A stretch of DNA of 64,000 nt from the IMG/VR virus record IMGVR_UViG_3300032050_010539; one strand, given 5' to 3'. The DNA comes from a virus. A model generated the notes under the pieces. The model was not told the DNA's origin. It worked only from the letters and a program-made list of their open reading frames with translations, and ran no database searches. This document shows, one piece after another, positions 10,822-20,360 of the stretch. Made by a program: the position numbers and the translations under genes. The stretch's first letter is position 1, and each line of letters begins with the position of its first letter.

Positions 10822-13027
10822 TTATCGTTATAGGTTATCACGACTACTAATCCCGGGGGGCATACCTGATCCTGAGATAGGAGAGGTAGAGCTATTCCTG
10901 GCTAGTGATAGAGAGGGCTATGTTAATAATATAGACCTACCCCCGGATCCCAATTGTCTAGAGATCAACTGTACCTCTACGCAATGCGTAGAGCGGATAG
11001 GTATATGGAGCAATCAGGCACTAGGCCCGCTGGGTACAGAAGGTTTCTTCCCAGCAGGTAAACCTTTCTTCATAGCAGGTGAACCTGATGATGAGAGTAG
11101 AATTACTGTAATCAACGTGGGTGTAGTGTGTCCCCTCACTGGCACACCGGGGCGCTCCAATTACGCTCTCTATCCACAGAAGCAAGGTACTCTTGAGCTA
11201 ACTACACCCCTCATACCAGGTCTGCCGTACGCTGAGGTAGTGCGCGTTAGTCCAACGGCAGGAGAGTTCCTATTACGCTACTACAAGACACAGGGCCTTC
11301 CTCACACGCAGCTAGGCATAGCGCGCTCTCTAGCGAATCAGACGATAGATACTGAGGAGTTAGCGTGGACTATCATAGGTATGGTAGGAGCATCTATACG
11401 GCCAGACGCTAATGTAATATACCGCAGTTCTGAAATAGACACGACAGTCAGCGAATACATTAGACGGGCATGCACGGGCCTACTAGAACTAATGGATCCC
11501 GGCAGTCTACCGGGCAGACGAGGGAGCATCCCTCGCTTTGTGTATAGCCTGAGCTCTGAGGCCGATATATACGGCCCCGAGGCAGAGAAACTACAGGCAT
11601 TAACTGAGATACACGTAGTAGAGAACTGCAGCGATTGTATAGAAGTGGGCCCCAATAATAAACGCGTATCTCGAGAGGTACGGGATAGATCGTGCGCTGC
11701 TGTATTGCTAGCGCTCTGCATCGCAGGCTACGAAGAGGAAGTCACTCCACTAGCAGAGTATCTAGTGAGTCGTATAGATAACCGCGGTAGAATGATTACT
11801 GGTTGGACGGACGCACGCCCTCTAAGCACGTCACTTAGCATAGATAGTCCTACAGCTAGTGGTACGATAACAGCGGCCCTAGCTATATTGGCCTATAGTC
11901 GTGTAGATAGATCATACCTACCCCATGCTCATAGATTAATAGAGAGTGCGCGCCTCTACTATTACACATCCTCCTGGGGCACCGATGCTATAGATATAAC
12001 ACTAGGGGCCCTTATAAGCCGCGTGCTAGTTGACTACGCTGATACACCTAGCCAGGCGCGGGCGAGCCTCAGTAATGTAATAGGACAGGCAAGTACAGTG
12101 AGTCCTACATTCCTAGCACTCCAACTAGAGTTAGTAGGAGATGTTAATTTAAATACTACATACCGCTCTATATTAGATAATGACCCTACACTAGAGTGTG
12201 GATTATCACTAGCTAGAGAGCTATCCAGCACCTCATTCCTAGGAGTACTAGATGAACTGGGCCCTGTGTATAGGAACTATCTCTATCGTATAGATAAGAC
12301 AATGTCGCGCGTAAGAGGGGCTCTACCTACAGACTTCGGCCTATTCAGTAAAACAGCCATTAGATCGGGTAATCTAGGACGCATACTAGAGGCCCTAGTA
12401 CCCTCAATTAGTGCGGCGTATAATAAGCCACTAGTAGTACCTCCGGCCCCGACTAGGGTCCCTGCGACTATATCGGGTATTCTCAACTGGTTAACAGGAT
12501 TAGGGTATCAAGAAGTATATGTTACAGAGGCGTGGAGAGAGGCACTGCACGTAGTTGGTAATCTACCTACTTACGGTGACACCACCCTAGGCACAGGACT
12601 ACTAGGTATGCCCCGCCCATCAGCGCGCGTAGGAGTACTAGGACGATGGGAAGAGAGAATTAATCCTGCTCCTGGCGGCGTGCTGGTTATACGAGAGGGT
12701 AATATACTGGGGACTGGCACTATAGATGATATACCAGCAGCAGGCGCGCTAGTCCCAGATGACGAGGAGTGTAATATCTGTTACTGGTTTGGTATTTGTG
12801 AGGCACCAGAGCCATATGGCTGTCTCGCAGGTCAATTTGACTTCTGTCCATTTGAACTCTTGTTTATATATTGCCCTGGGGTTTTACCCAATAGGCCAGT
12901 AAAAATCATTGAAGTCAATCAATCTGCTGTATATTGTCCTGGGGTTTTACCTGATAGACCAGCAAAAATTATTGAAGTCAATCAATCTGCTGTATATTGT
13001 CCTGGGGTTTTACCTGATAGGGCATAA
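10814..13027 (+). CDS. Putative baseplate/tail protein with Cys-rich repetitive C-terminus
   Basis: 737 aa, follows baseplate J, ends in 21-aa repeats. Confidence 0.55.
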   Translation: MVNYRYRLSRLLIPGGIPDPEIGEVELFLASDREGYVNNIDLPPDPNCLEINCTSTQCVERIGIWSNQALGPLGTEGFFPAGKPFFIAGEPDDESRITVINVGVVCPLTGTPGRSNYALYPQKQGTLELTTPLIPGLPYAEVVRVSPTAGEFLLRYYKTQGLPHTQLGIARSLANQTIDTEELAWTIIGMVGASIRPDANVIYRSSEIDTTVSEYIRRACTGLLELMDPGSLPGRRGSIPRFVYSLSSEADIYGPEAEKLQALTEIHVVENCSDCIEVGPNNKRVSREVRDRSCAAVLLALCIAGYEEEVTPLAEYLVSRIDNRGRMITGWTDARPLSTSLSIDSPTASGTITAALAILAYSRVDRSYLPHAHRLIESARLYYYTSSWGTDAIDITLGALISRVLVDYADTPSQARASLSNVIGQASTVSPTFLALQLELVGDVNLNTTYRSILDNDPTLECGLSLARELSSTSFLGVLDELGPVYRNYLYRIDKTMSRVRGALPTDFGLFSKTAIRSGNLGRILEALVPSISAAYNKPLVVPPAPTRVPATISGILNWLTGLGYQEVYVTEAWREALHVVGNLPTYGDTTLGTGLLGMPRPSARVGVLGRWEERINPAPGGVLVIREGNILGTGTIDDIPAAGALVPDDEECNICYWFGICEAPEPYGCLAGQFDFCPFELLFIYCPGVLPNRPVKIIEVNQSAVYCPGVLPDRPAKIIEVNQSAVYCPGVLPDRA
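12869..13024 (+). repeat. 63-bp coding tandem repeat x2.5 (YCPGVLPxRPxKIIEVNQSAV)
   Basis: Units start at 12869, 12932 and 12995. Confidence 0.95.
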
Positions 13028-13057
13028 AAGATTTGTATTCTGTTCTACGTACTTATA

Positions 13058-13873
13058 ATGATTACTCCAATAAACACAAAAGATGGTATTACATACTTTG
13101 GTTATAAATCAGGCCTCAGTCCTGGTATAGATATCACGCGTTCTCAGTTAGTAGAGTTTCTAGACACAGCGCTAGGTGCTGCTAATAATGAAGTATTACC
13201 TAATGTTATAGGGTTTCACGCGCGTATACCCTCCCGAGAGCTTATAACTGGAGTCGTTACAACTACTGCTAGTGATGGTAGGACTCGTGTGGTATTCGAC
13301 AATAATTTACGCATAACAGGGGTATATCCTCACAATGAGGCTACGCCGGGCCCATTTGTTCCTGTGCAGAACCCATATGTCATACCTAACCTGACAGATG
13401 AGCGAGTTGTATATATGTGTGCCTCTAATGCGGGTCTAGGTATACTACAGATACGTCTGAACTCAGGTGTACCAGACCAGAACGGCTATGTGTTTAATTA
13501 TATAGGTTATTCGACTGAGGCATACAATGTTAACTACCCACTGGATCTGCACTGTATAGTGTCGTATAAGATAGGGGACTCTACTGACAATGGTGTATTC
13601 GGTATAACTAATAATACCAGTACTACAGCCCGCACTATAACCCCCAGGCCTAATGTGAGTTGTAGGGAGAATCGAGCAAAGCCAACTAGTGACGTAGTCC
13701 TCAATGAATCTATTAAGGCGCAGCCATTTCTAGTATGGTTGGATAGGCCGCTGGCAATTGGAGGCGTAGCGAGCATAGTAGGTAATTCACATGGGTTATA
13801 TATAAGTTGTGGTCGTCTAGGCTCCGGCAGTATACTGATGAGAGTAATAGGGCAGAATATAGTATATTGCTAA
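13058..13873 (+). CDS. Hypothetical (possibly tail-associated) protein
   Basis: 271-aa beta-rich ORF within the tail module. Confidence 0.55.
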   Translation: MITPINTKDGITYFGYKSGLSPGIDITRSQLVEFLDTALGAANNEVLPNVIGFHARIPSRELITGVVTTTASDGRTRVVFDNNLRITGVYPHNEATPGPFVPVQNPYVIPNLTDERVVYMCASNAGLGILQIRLNSGVPDQNGYVFNYIGYSTEAYNVNYPLDLHCIVSYKIGDSTDNGVFGITNNTSTTARTITPRPNVSCRENRAKPTSDVVLNESIKAQPFLVWLDRPLAIGGVASIVGNSHGLYISCGRLGSGSILMRVIGQNIVYC

Positions 13874-14022
13874 CACCTGCGTATAGTTCTGACGCTGTAT
13901 CTATTAAAACTGTACAAATACCAAACTCAGGTCTCCCGTGATATCACTCAGGACAACAACTGAACAAATAACACCGGGCATACAGGATACAATGAGTTAT
14001 CCCGGCGATACTCTATTAGATG

Positions 14023-14066
14023 TAAATAGCTAGAGATAATTAATTACACATATTTAACCACCTCTT
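14023..14066 (+). repeat. Left copy of a 44-bp imperfect inverted repeat (REP/MITE-end-like)
   Basis: TAAATAGCTAGAGATAATTAATTACACATATTTAACCACCTCTT matches the reverse complement of 18290-18333 at 35/44 positions, with a perfect 16-bp core AATTAATTACACATAT. Confidence 0.8.
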
Positions 14067-14087
14067 GCTTATTCTAAGTTCTTCATT

Positions 14088-14172
14088 TGTTGCCATTGTT
14101 TTAAGTGTCTGTAACCCCTGTTGTTTTAATAAAGTTTAAAATAGTCTCCATTATCTTTGTCGTTTCTGGAAT
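14088..14172 (-). pseudogene. 3'-end remnant of a paralog of 15367..15780 (85-bp diverged direct repeat of 15354-15438)
   Basis: Translates as IPETTKIMETILNFIKTTGVTDT*, compared with IPEATKIMKTILGFIKTIEATYT* in the intact gene. Confidence 0.75.
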
Positions 14173-14195
14173 CATAATATTGAACTCTTCTGCTG

Positions 14196-14597
14196 TTATT
14201 GTTGTAGTGTCACCTCGGTTTGTATTTCATGTTCAATAAATGAAAGGATATTAATCATGATTCGTGTTCCTTTTTCACGCCATAAGCTTAGTTCTTTACA
14301 TTGACATATTCCATCTCCTTTGAACAAAATTTTATTATTTTTTTCTTGGTTTACCCATACTGTAAAAACTCCTTCCCACGCTAAACGATCTATAATGCAA
14401 TAACCTTTTATTAAGTCAACTTGCAAATTACTCGGATCGTGACTAATAATGTCTATGTATATTTCTATAAAAGCTTTACATCCATAAATACACGGTTCCC
14501 CATTTTGTCCAGTCCATTTATCATCATCCCATCTTAATTCGGGATAATTTTCTTGACAAAAATATAGTATTTTCGTGGTTACTTCTGCTATGTTCAT
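14196..14597 (-). CDS. Hypothetical protein, island paralog family (KIxxFCxxxYPxLxW)
   Basis: Shares N- and C-terminal motifs with 14594..15019 and 15794..16156. Confidence 0.75.
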   Translation of the reverse strand: MNIAEVTTKILYFCQENYPELRWDDDKWTGQNGEPCIYGCKAFIEIYIDIISHDPSNLQVDLIKGYCIIDRLAWEGVFTVWVNQEKNNKILFKGDGICQCKELSLWREKGTRIMINILSFIEHEIQTEVTLQQ

Positions 14598-15019
14598 AGT
14601 GTTACCTCGGTTTGTATTTCAGTTTCGATAAATGAAAGAATGTTAATCATAATTTGTGTTCCTTTTTCACGCCATAGATTTAGTTCTTCATGTTTAGCAG
14701 TCCCACTTTTCTTGAATGAGATTTTACTGTTTTTTCTATCATTTATCCATATAAGAAAACTTCCTTCCCAATCTAGATTAGAGATAGTAGTTCGACCATC
14801 TATATAATTTCTAAAATCACTAGGTGAACCGTCACTGCTATAAGAGTTGTTGCTATTGACCTTTATATCTATTTGTATTCCATTTATAGAATTAAGAATA
14901 GAGTGATACCCGTAAATCATGTCTTGAGTTTTAGTTAAAGACGTAAGTGACCACTTTAGCTCTGGGTAAGTTTTTTGGCAGAAATTAAATATTTTTTGGG
15001 ATGCTTCTTGTTTGTTCAT
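14594..15019 (-). CDS. Hypothetical protein, island paralog family
   Basis: C-terminus LWREKGTQIMINILSFIETEIQTEVTL is nearly identical to that of the neighbouring gene. Confidence 0.75.
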   Translation of the reverse strand: MNKQEASQKIFNFCQKTYPELKWSLTSLTKTQDMIYGYHSILNSINGIQIDIKVNSNNSYSSDGSPSDFRNYIDGRTTISNLDWEGSFLIWINDRKNSKISFKKSGTAKHEELNLWREKGTQIMINILSFIETEIQTEVTL

Positions 15020-15029
15020 TGTTATTACC

Positions 15030-15386
15030 TTAAATACAAATAACTAGATCACCGACACAAACATTGATAAATTTCTCGCAATTGTATCGAGAATTATTGC
15101 AAGCTTGAATAATAGAGGTATTTTCCTCAACAGAAATAACCATTCCTGACCCTTTATAAAGAATACGATGACCAATGAAGTCTCTAGTTATTGGGTCGTA
15201 TATTGGCTTGTTTGTAATTGAATAAACCAAGTGAGAGGCATCTATTCGGATACGATTTAATTCACCACGGTTTATTACTACTTTAAAATCATCGATAACT
15301 TCAATTACCTTAGCTGGATACGTTCCTTTAGGCGGAAGTCCTAGATCTTTATCTGTTGCCATTGTTTTAAGTGTATGTAGCCTCAA
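15030..15386 (-). CDS. Hypothetical protein with FlgT-C-terminal-like beta domain (likely start MATDK)
   Basis: Pattern AKVIEVID.FKVVINRG...VY....IYDPIT...IG.....KG...V..V.E. Confidence 0.5.
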   Translation of the reverse strand: MRLHTLKTMATDKDLGLPPKGTYPAKVIEVIDDFKVVINRGELNRIRIDASHLVYSITNKPIYDPITRDFIGHRILYKGSGMVISVEENTSIIQACNNSRYNCEKFINVCVGDLVICI

Positions 15387-15780
15387 TTGTTTTAATAAAG
15401 CCTAAAATAGTCTTCATTATCTTTGTTGCTTCTGGAATTAAGATATTTAAGTTTTCGTTAATCCCCTCACTTTTTGGCTCTTTTTTAATCGAATCTATCT
15501 CAACCCAATCATGCCCAGTGGCTGTCCCCTCTACCCTAACTACTAAAGTTTTAGATGATTTGGAACGATACTCAACCCAAACATCGTATCTTCCTTCTAG
15601 CTCGTTTGGATAGAGAATATTGATAGAGCCTTCTAATACTAAATCTGTGAAGACATCTATTTGCCTTAGCTTAAGAGTCCATTTTGAGTAATCAGCCATT
15701 TTATAAGTATTATCACAAAAAACTCCGATTTGTTTTAATGCTTCTATCATTTTGTAAGCATCTATTTCCCATGTGTCCAT
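15367..15780 (-). CDS. Hypothetical protein, distant member of the island paralog family
   Basis: KQIGVFCDNTY...W and C-terminal KIMKTILGFI. AGGAG RBS upstream. Confidence 0.65.
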   Translation of the reverse strand: MDTWEIDAYKMIEALKQIGVFCDNTYKMADYSKWTLKLRQIDVFTDLVLEGSINILYPNELEGRYDVWVEYRSKSSKTLVVRVEGTATGHDWVEIDSIKKEPKSEGINENLNILIPEATKIMKTILGFIKTIEATYT

Positions 15781-15793
15781 CTGTTACTCCTAT

Positions 15794-16156
15794 CTATTCT
15801 TGAATTTCATCAAGGATGAAGTTAAAAATATCTAGCACTATTTTTCGGGTTTCTCTGTATTTGTTGTTAAAATAATCACGTTTTGACTTTCTAATATAAT
15901 CAAAGAATATTTTATTTTCATAAGAACGGTTATTGTCTCTATCGTCAGGGTTTATCCATAATTCAAATCCGCCCACATCATACGCTCCGCATGAAACACG
16001 CTTAAGCAGTCCATCCAGAAAAACCTCTATTATTAATTCATCAGGAAAAAGTGGACACTGAATTGTATTATTTTCAGAGTCAAGATTCCATCTTAAATTT
16101 GGATAACTTCTGTGACAGAATTCAAATATTTTCTCTGTTACTTGTTTTATGTCCAT
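15794..16156 (-). CDS. Hypothetical protein, island paralog family
   Basis: KIFEFCHRSYPNLRW...IFNFILDEIQE. AGGAG RBS upstream. Confidence 0.75.
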   Translation of the reverse strand: MDIKQVTEKIFEFCHRSYPNLRWNLDSENNTIQCPLFPDELIIEVFLDGLLKRVSCGAYDVGGFELWINPDDRDNNRSYENKIFFDYIRKSKRDYFNNKYRETRKIVLDIFNFILDEIQE

Positions 16157-16181
16157 TTGTTACTCCTGTTGGGTGAAATTA

Positions 16182-16364
16182 TTAGGAAATACCTACTGTT
16201 TCCTCTACTACGATGCTATGGTGCCCGCTGCGACTTAGAGCTTCTAAGTAAGCCATTAGTCGGCTTTCGTGCATAGATGTTCTAATTCTGCAAGGCTTAT
16301 TTTTTTTATCTATTGTCCTGATTCTGTATCTCATTGTCTCCAATCCTTTAGGTGTTTTTTGCAA
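16182..16364 (-). CDS. Small hypothetical protein (likely start MRYRIRT)
   Basis: Short ORF co-oriented with the island cluster. Confidence 0.45.
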   Translation of the reverse strand: MQKTPKGLETMRYRIRTIDKKNKPCRIRTSMHESRLMAYLEALSRSGHHSIVVEETVGIS

Positions 16365-16907
16365 TAATCTAAATATGCTTTGAGTCTATTAGCAGACTCT
16401 TGTTCTTCCGTTCCTTTGACAAGTCCTTTGTTCTTATCAAATCAGTATGACATTGATAAGTTTTTCCACACTTTTTAGTTTCTTTTTCCATAATTACACT
16501 TTCATTTGTTGTCTAAACAGTACCGTATGATAGACCTTAAATTAGCCTTATAGTCTTTATGAGAATCTATAAATTCTAGCGATAAAGCCGTTGAAACTAC
16601 TATATAAACTAGAATAGTTATACGAAAGATTATACTCCATAGTCGCTTTTTTGAATTTGTCATCATTCTGTACCTACACCTCTATTTTTTCAAGTCCACG
16701 TTGTTCTAGAATTTTATTATACTCTTTAATTTTTGAGTATAAAGCGTTACGTTTTTGTGTACATTTTCCCCAGCTTCTTGTTTAGCATTTTTATATTGTC
16801 CTGCGTAAAAATTAACATAATATCTAATTGTAGTAGTGTCCATGTTTGCTGCAACAAGCTTCATAATTTTCTCCTTGATTTATTATTGTTTTTAACTGAT
16901 AACTAAA

Positions 16908-17162
16908 TCAATTAATTGTCCACCTTGCCTGAACGTCATATATATAAAGTGGGTCAGGATCATCTGGTGGTTCATACATTTTATTATAAGCGTCCTCAAT
17001 GTTGACATCATTAATATCTTCCGCTAAACGGTTAATCAAAATAGCAGCCATGTTTTCAGCTTCCTCTTTGCTTAATTGAACATCTGACTTACTCCAATAA
17101 TCAGTTTCATACTCAAGAATGCACTTAACTAATTCATTAACACTATCTTGCAATTTACTCAT
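16908..17162 (-). CDS. Small acidic hypothetical protein
   Basis: Strong AGGAGG RBS upstream. Confidence 0.65.
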   Translation of the reverse strand: MSKLQDSVNELVKCILEYETDYWSKSDVQLSKEEAENMAAILINRLAEDINDVNIEDAYNKMYEPPDDPDPLYIYDVQARWTIN

Positions 17163-17191
17163 AATTTCCTCCTTGATTCATTACTTAAATC

Positions 17192-18007
17192 TTACATTAT
17201 TTTACTAGAATTGTCAAAAACCGGATTTAGTATGACTCCATCACTATCAAAAACTGTTCCAATAGTAGCAAGAGACGAAGTGACTAATCGGAGTAACTTG
17301 TCTTTTGTCTCTGCCAAATTCTTATCTTCTGTATTGCGCTGTAAACTTTGAGTATTATAAATTTTTTTAATTAATTCTTCACCAGCAGAAAAAACATTAC
17401 TATCTGAATATTTGGTTGTACTGGCTTCTTCAAAAAATATATTAATTCCCTCTGACCATTCAGCTTTTAACTCTGAGTCATCTACTTGCTCTAATAGATT
17501 ATTACTAAGAGATTGAAGTTCTTGAAGCTGCGTTTTGACATGAGGTGCTTTCGCATAAATTCTTCCCCAAGTGGCCAAAAAATCAAAAGTTTGTTCGGCA
17601 ATTAAAGGGGTTCCGTCCGCAAGACTAACTTTAAAAAAAGCGTCGAGGGCAGGGGCAAGAAGCGCAAAAATTGGTAATTCCCAACTATTGACAGAAGCGG
17701 TAAGAACAAGTAGGCTGATTCTAGATGGACTATCAGGGGGAATACTATTGCGAGATAAAATTGACGCAATAAATAACCAAACAACCTCATTGTTAATCTC
17801 GCTGTCATTCTGTAGAAGCTTACGTCCCAATACCCCTAAGCCGATTTCTGAAGCTTTGATCGATCCCAGTGCCAACAGATCTGCAAACTCTCTAACATGA
17901 CTATCCACCCTTCTCAGATTGCCGAAAGCTCTATCGATTTCTTCTCTAGCGTTATCACTATCGCCAGAGTCTAAAAATTGTTGTACTCTTCTAAGCATCG
18001 TTGTCAT
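17192..18007 (-). CDS. Helical hypothetical protein (possible immunity protein)
   Basis: 271 aa, coupled (TAATG) to the upstream 80-aa ORF. Confidence 0.6.
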   Translation of the reverse strand: MTTMLRRVQQFLDSGDSDNAREEIDRAFGNLRRVDSHVREFADLLALGSIKASEIGLGVLGRKLLQNDSEINNEVVWLFIASILSRNSIPPDSPSRISLLVLTASVNSWELPIFALLAPALDAFFKVSLADGTPLIAEQTFDFLATWGRIYAKAPHVKTQLQELQSLSNNLLEQVDDSELKAEWSEGINIFFEEASTTKYSDSNVFSAGEELIKKIYNTQSLQRNTEDKNLAETKDKLLRLVTSSLATIGTVFDSDGVILNPVFDNSSKIM

Positions 18008-18249
18008 TATGTTTGGGGCGAAGGGATAAAGGTAAGACCACTGCGAATTTCAATATCTACACGGGCGTTTTTAGTTTTACGTTTAGAATCCTGAAATGAG
18101 TGCGGTTGTGCCTCTGGAGTGACACCACCTTGCTCACTAGCATTTGTAACAAAGCGTTCAGCTTTTCTAAACGCTTGTTTCCGTTCCTCTCGTTGACATT
18201 CGCTGCATTGCTCTTTTATATTAGCAAGAAATAATAAGTAGTCGTGCAA
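18007..18249 (-). CDS. Small basic protein or gene fragment (possible orphan toxin C-terminal domain)
   Basis: Weak TTG start next to the inverted repeat. Ends in RVDIEIRSGLTF. Confidence 0.4.
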   Translation of the reverse strand: MHDYLLFLANIKEQCSECQREERKQAFRKAERFVTNASEQGGVTPEAQPHSFQDSKRKTKNARVDIEIRSGLTFIPSPQT

Positions 18250-18289
18250 AATAAATTTCCCAGTGAAGAAAGGCAGGGGGCAAGAAGTA

Positions 18290-18333
18290 AAGAGGGGATT
18301 AGATATGTGTAATTAATTTTGCTTAGGTACTTA
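18290..18333 (-). repeat. Right copy of the 44-bp imperfect inverted repeat
   Basis: Reverse complement reads TAAGTACCTAAGCAAAATTAATTACACATATCTAATCCCCTCTT. Confidence 0.8.
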
Positions 18334-18401
18334 TTCTATAAGAACATTATGCACGATGGCTTAACTCAACATTTGCATCTACCGCCTCATACCAAAGGTC
18401 A

Positions 18402-18608
18402 TTAGTTATCATCTTCGATTCGAGACTTATCAATTATAACACAAGGTTTCCAAGTGGATTTTTCCTGAGATTTAATGTTTACTTCTTCGGAAAATAAGAT
18501 TTTCGGTTGATGAGAAACTACACTAGAACGTTTAATTTTAGTTAAATTCAAATATTCGATCATATCTTCTCCATCATCAAATTTGCGGTCAAAATCTTCA
18601 GCTTTCAT
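18402..18608 (-). CDS. brnA: BrnA-type antitoxin N-terminus with replaced C-terminus
   Basis: MKAEDFDRKFDDGEDMIEYLNL is the typical start of this antitoxin family. The expected RHH (RVNVDFP...) C-terminus is absent. Confidence 0.6.
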   Translation of the reverse strand: MKAEDFDRKFDDGEDMIEYLNLTKIKRSSVVSHQPKILFSEEVNIKSQEKSTWKPCVIIDKSRIEDDN

Positions 18609-18687
18609 AAATTTTTACCTCTTTAGGTCTAGAGCATCGGACTGAAATAATACGGATTTTGGTTTGACGATAGGTAACTACAGCTGA
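18598..18687 (-). pseudogene. brnT: BrnT toxin C-terminal remnant
   Basis: Manual translation gives *SAVVTYRQTKIRIISVRCSRPKEVKIYES*, overlapping the antitoxin start. There is no start codon. Confidence 0.7.
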
Positions 18688-18705
18688 CTATTACTTATTA
18701 CTTAA

Positions 18706-20130
18706 TTACTGTCTATTCTGTAATTTTATCACTAATTCGTGGAAAGGTTGCCAATCGTCTTTAGAGGTAATTGCTTCCCAAACCGATTCGATTAGCGGTC
18801 TAAGTAAAGCGGTTTTAGGATTATAATGCGTTAAGGTATCGCCAATTTGAGACAAGGAATCTGGGGGTAATTGATTTAAGACCAAACTATATAACTCTCG
18901 CCAACGTTGCCAATCAGCTTTTGGTAAATCCATATTTTCAAGAATTAGAGAACTATTTTCTCGCCAACCGTAATTAAATTGTTCACTTAATTGATAGAAA
19001 AATTCGTGATAACCGAGGCCAGTTTCTTGGAGAACTTCCACAGTTTTGCTGACCAGTAAAGCGGATTCGGGAGTAAAAATATCCTCAAAACCTAACTTTT
19101 TAAGCATCATTTTTTGATAATAAAAATTGTAGTGCTGGTCATAGTTAGCCAAGGCCATATCTAACTCTAACAAGGAGACAACCATGGCCAGGGGAGATTG
19201 CAGTAACTCTAGATTTAAACGACAGATAAAAGGCTGATTACCGTAACTATAGCGACCACCGTAGTCGAAATAGGCCGCCGTAAATTGGGGGTTATAGTAA
19301 GGAATAAAAGCGTAGGGACCATAATCAAAACTTTCCCCAGTAATTGACATATTATCGGTATTGAGAACCCCATGACAAAAACCTGCGGCCATCCATTGGG
19401 CTGCTAATTTAGCGGTTCTTTCGATTAAAGCGGCGTAAAATTTTAAATAGCGATCGCTATCTTGGGGATCGATTTCAGGATAATAATAAATAATCACATG
19501 ATCGAGGAGTCTTTTAATTAAATCGGCACGTTTAATATGAAATAAACGCTCAAAAGTCCCGAAACGAATATGAGAATTACTAACTCGAATCATCACCGAA
19601 GATCGCGTCGGGGAAGGTTCATCACCACGCCAGAGGGGTTCCCCCGTTTCCACCAAACTCAAACAGCGAGAGGTATTCACCCCTAAACCGCGTAAAGCTT
19701 CCCCGGCTAAGACTTCTCTAACTCCACCCTTGAGAGTTAACCTACCGTCCGCATGACGGGAATAGGGGGTCCGTCCCGATCCTTTCGTACCAAAATCGTA
19801 TAATTTGCCATCAATACCCCTAACTTGACCGTAGAGAAAACCGCGACCATCTCCCAAAAAAGGATTATACTCGCCAAATTGATAACCGTGGTAACGCAGG
19901 GCTAAAAAGGGGGTAAGGGCTTGAAATTTACCAAAAGCCTCGATAAAATGCTCATCTAAGGTTAATTCTGGCTGAATTCCCACCAAAGGTAATAAAGCAT
20001 CATTGCGAAAACGAAGGATATGACGGGGAAAATCCGCAGCCGCAACTTGATCATAGTATTGGCCCCCCAAATCCTGCATGGCGCTTTCGTAAGGGAGACT
20101 GAGAAAGAGATTGGTGAGATGGTCTGTCAT
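18706..20130 (-). CDS. selO: Protein adenylyltransferase SelO (YdiU), cyanobacterial type
   Basis: Motifs GYQFG...[22 protein letters not shown] and [21 protein letters not shown] are intact. HIP1 GCGATCGC at 19450-19457. Confidence 0.95.
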   Translation of the reverse strand: MTDHLTNLFLSLPYESAMQDLGGQYYDQVAAADFPRHILRFRNDALLPLVGIQPELTLDEHFIEAFGKFQALTPFLALRYHGYQFGEYNPFLGDGRGFLYGQVRGIDGKLYDFGTKGSGRTPYSRHADGRLTLKGGVREVLAGEALRGLGVNTSRCLSLVETGEPLWRGDEPSPTRSSVMIRVSNSHIRFGTFERLFHIKRADLIKRLLDHVIIYYYPEIDPQDSDRYLKFYAALIERTAKLAAQWMAAGFCHGVLNTDNMSITGESFDYGPYAFIPYYNPQFTAAYFDYGGRYSYGNQPFICRLNLELLQSPLAMVVSLLELDMALANYDQHYNFYYQKMMLKKLGFEDIFTPESALLVSKTVEVLQETGLGYHEFFYQLSEQFNYGWRENSSLILENMDLPKADWQRWRELYSLVLNQLPPDSLSQIGDTLTHYNPKTALLRPLIESVWEAITSKDDWQPFHELVIKLQNRQ

Positions 20131-20360
20131 AGTGGTGGTGTCGATAGAGCTTTGAGACGATAAAGTGATAAAGAGGGTTAATACTAAATCCGTTGAGTAT
20201 GCGCTACATATCAGGCCGCTGCTCTCAGGGTTATGATTAAATATGGGGTACTCTAATATTAGAATATATAGTGTAGGAGAAAAAAGTCATCCTACAAGTT
20301 AGAGTCCAGAGGCGTCTAATATGACTCTTAACATTTAATCCTTACTACAACGCAAATTAT

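Larger units (their letters stand above)
14023..20190 (-). mobile_element. AT-rich foreign island (host- and other-phage-derived) inserted in the tail module; right boundary approximate
   Basis: Abrupt strand switch and loss of the phage CTA/ATA/GTA codon bias. It contains a HIP1 site in selO and inverted repeats at 14023 and 18333. No integrase or transposase is seen. Confidence 0.7.

Noticed and set aside
14023-20190. Prophage-host junction (att site)
   Set aside because: Phage tail genes continue co-linearly on both sides and no integrase is present. This fits an insertion into the phage, or a misassembly, rather than a prophage end.
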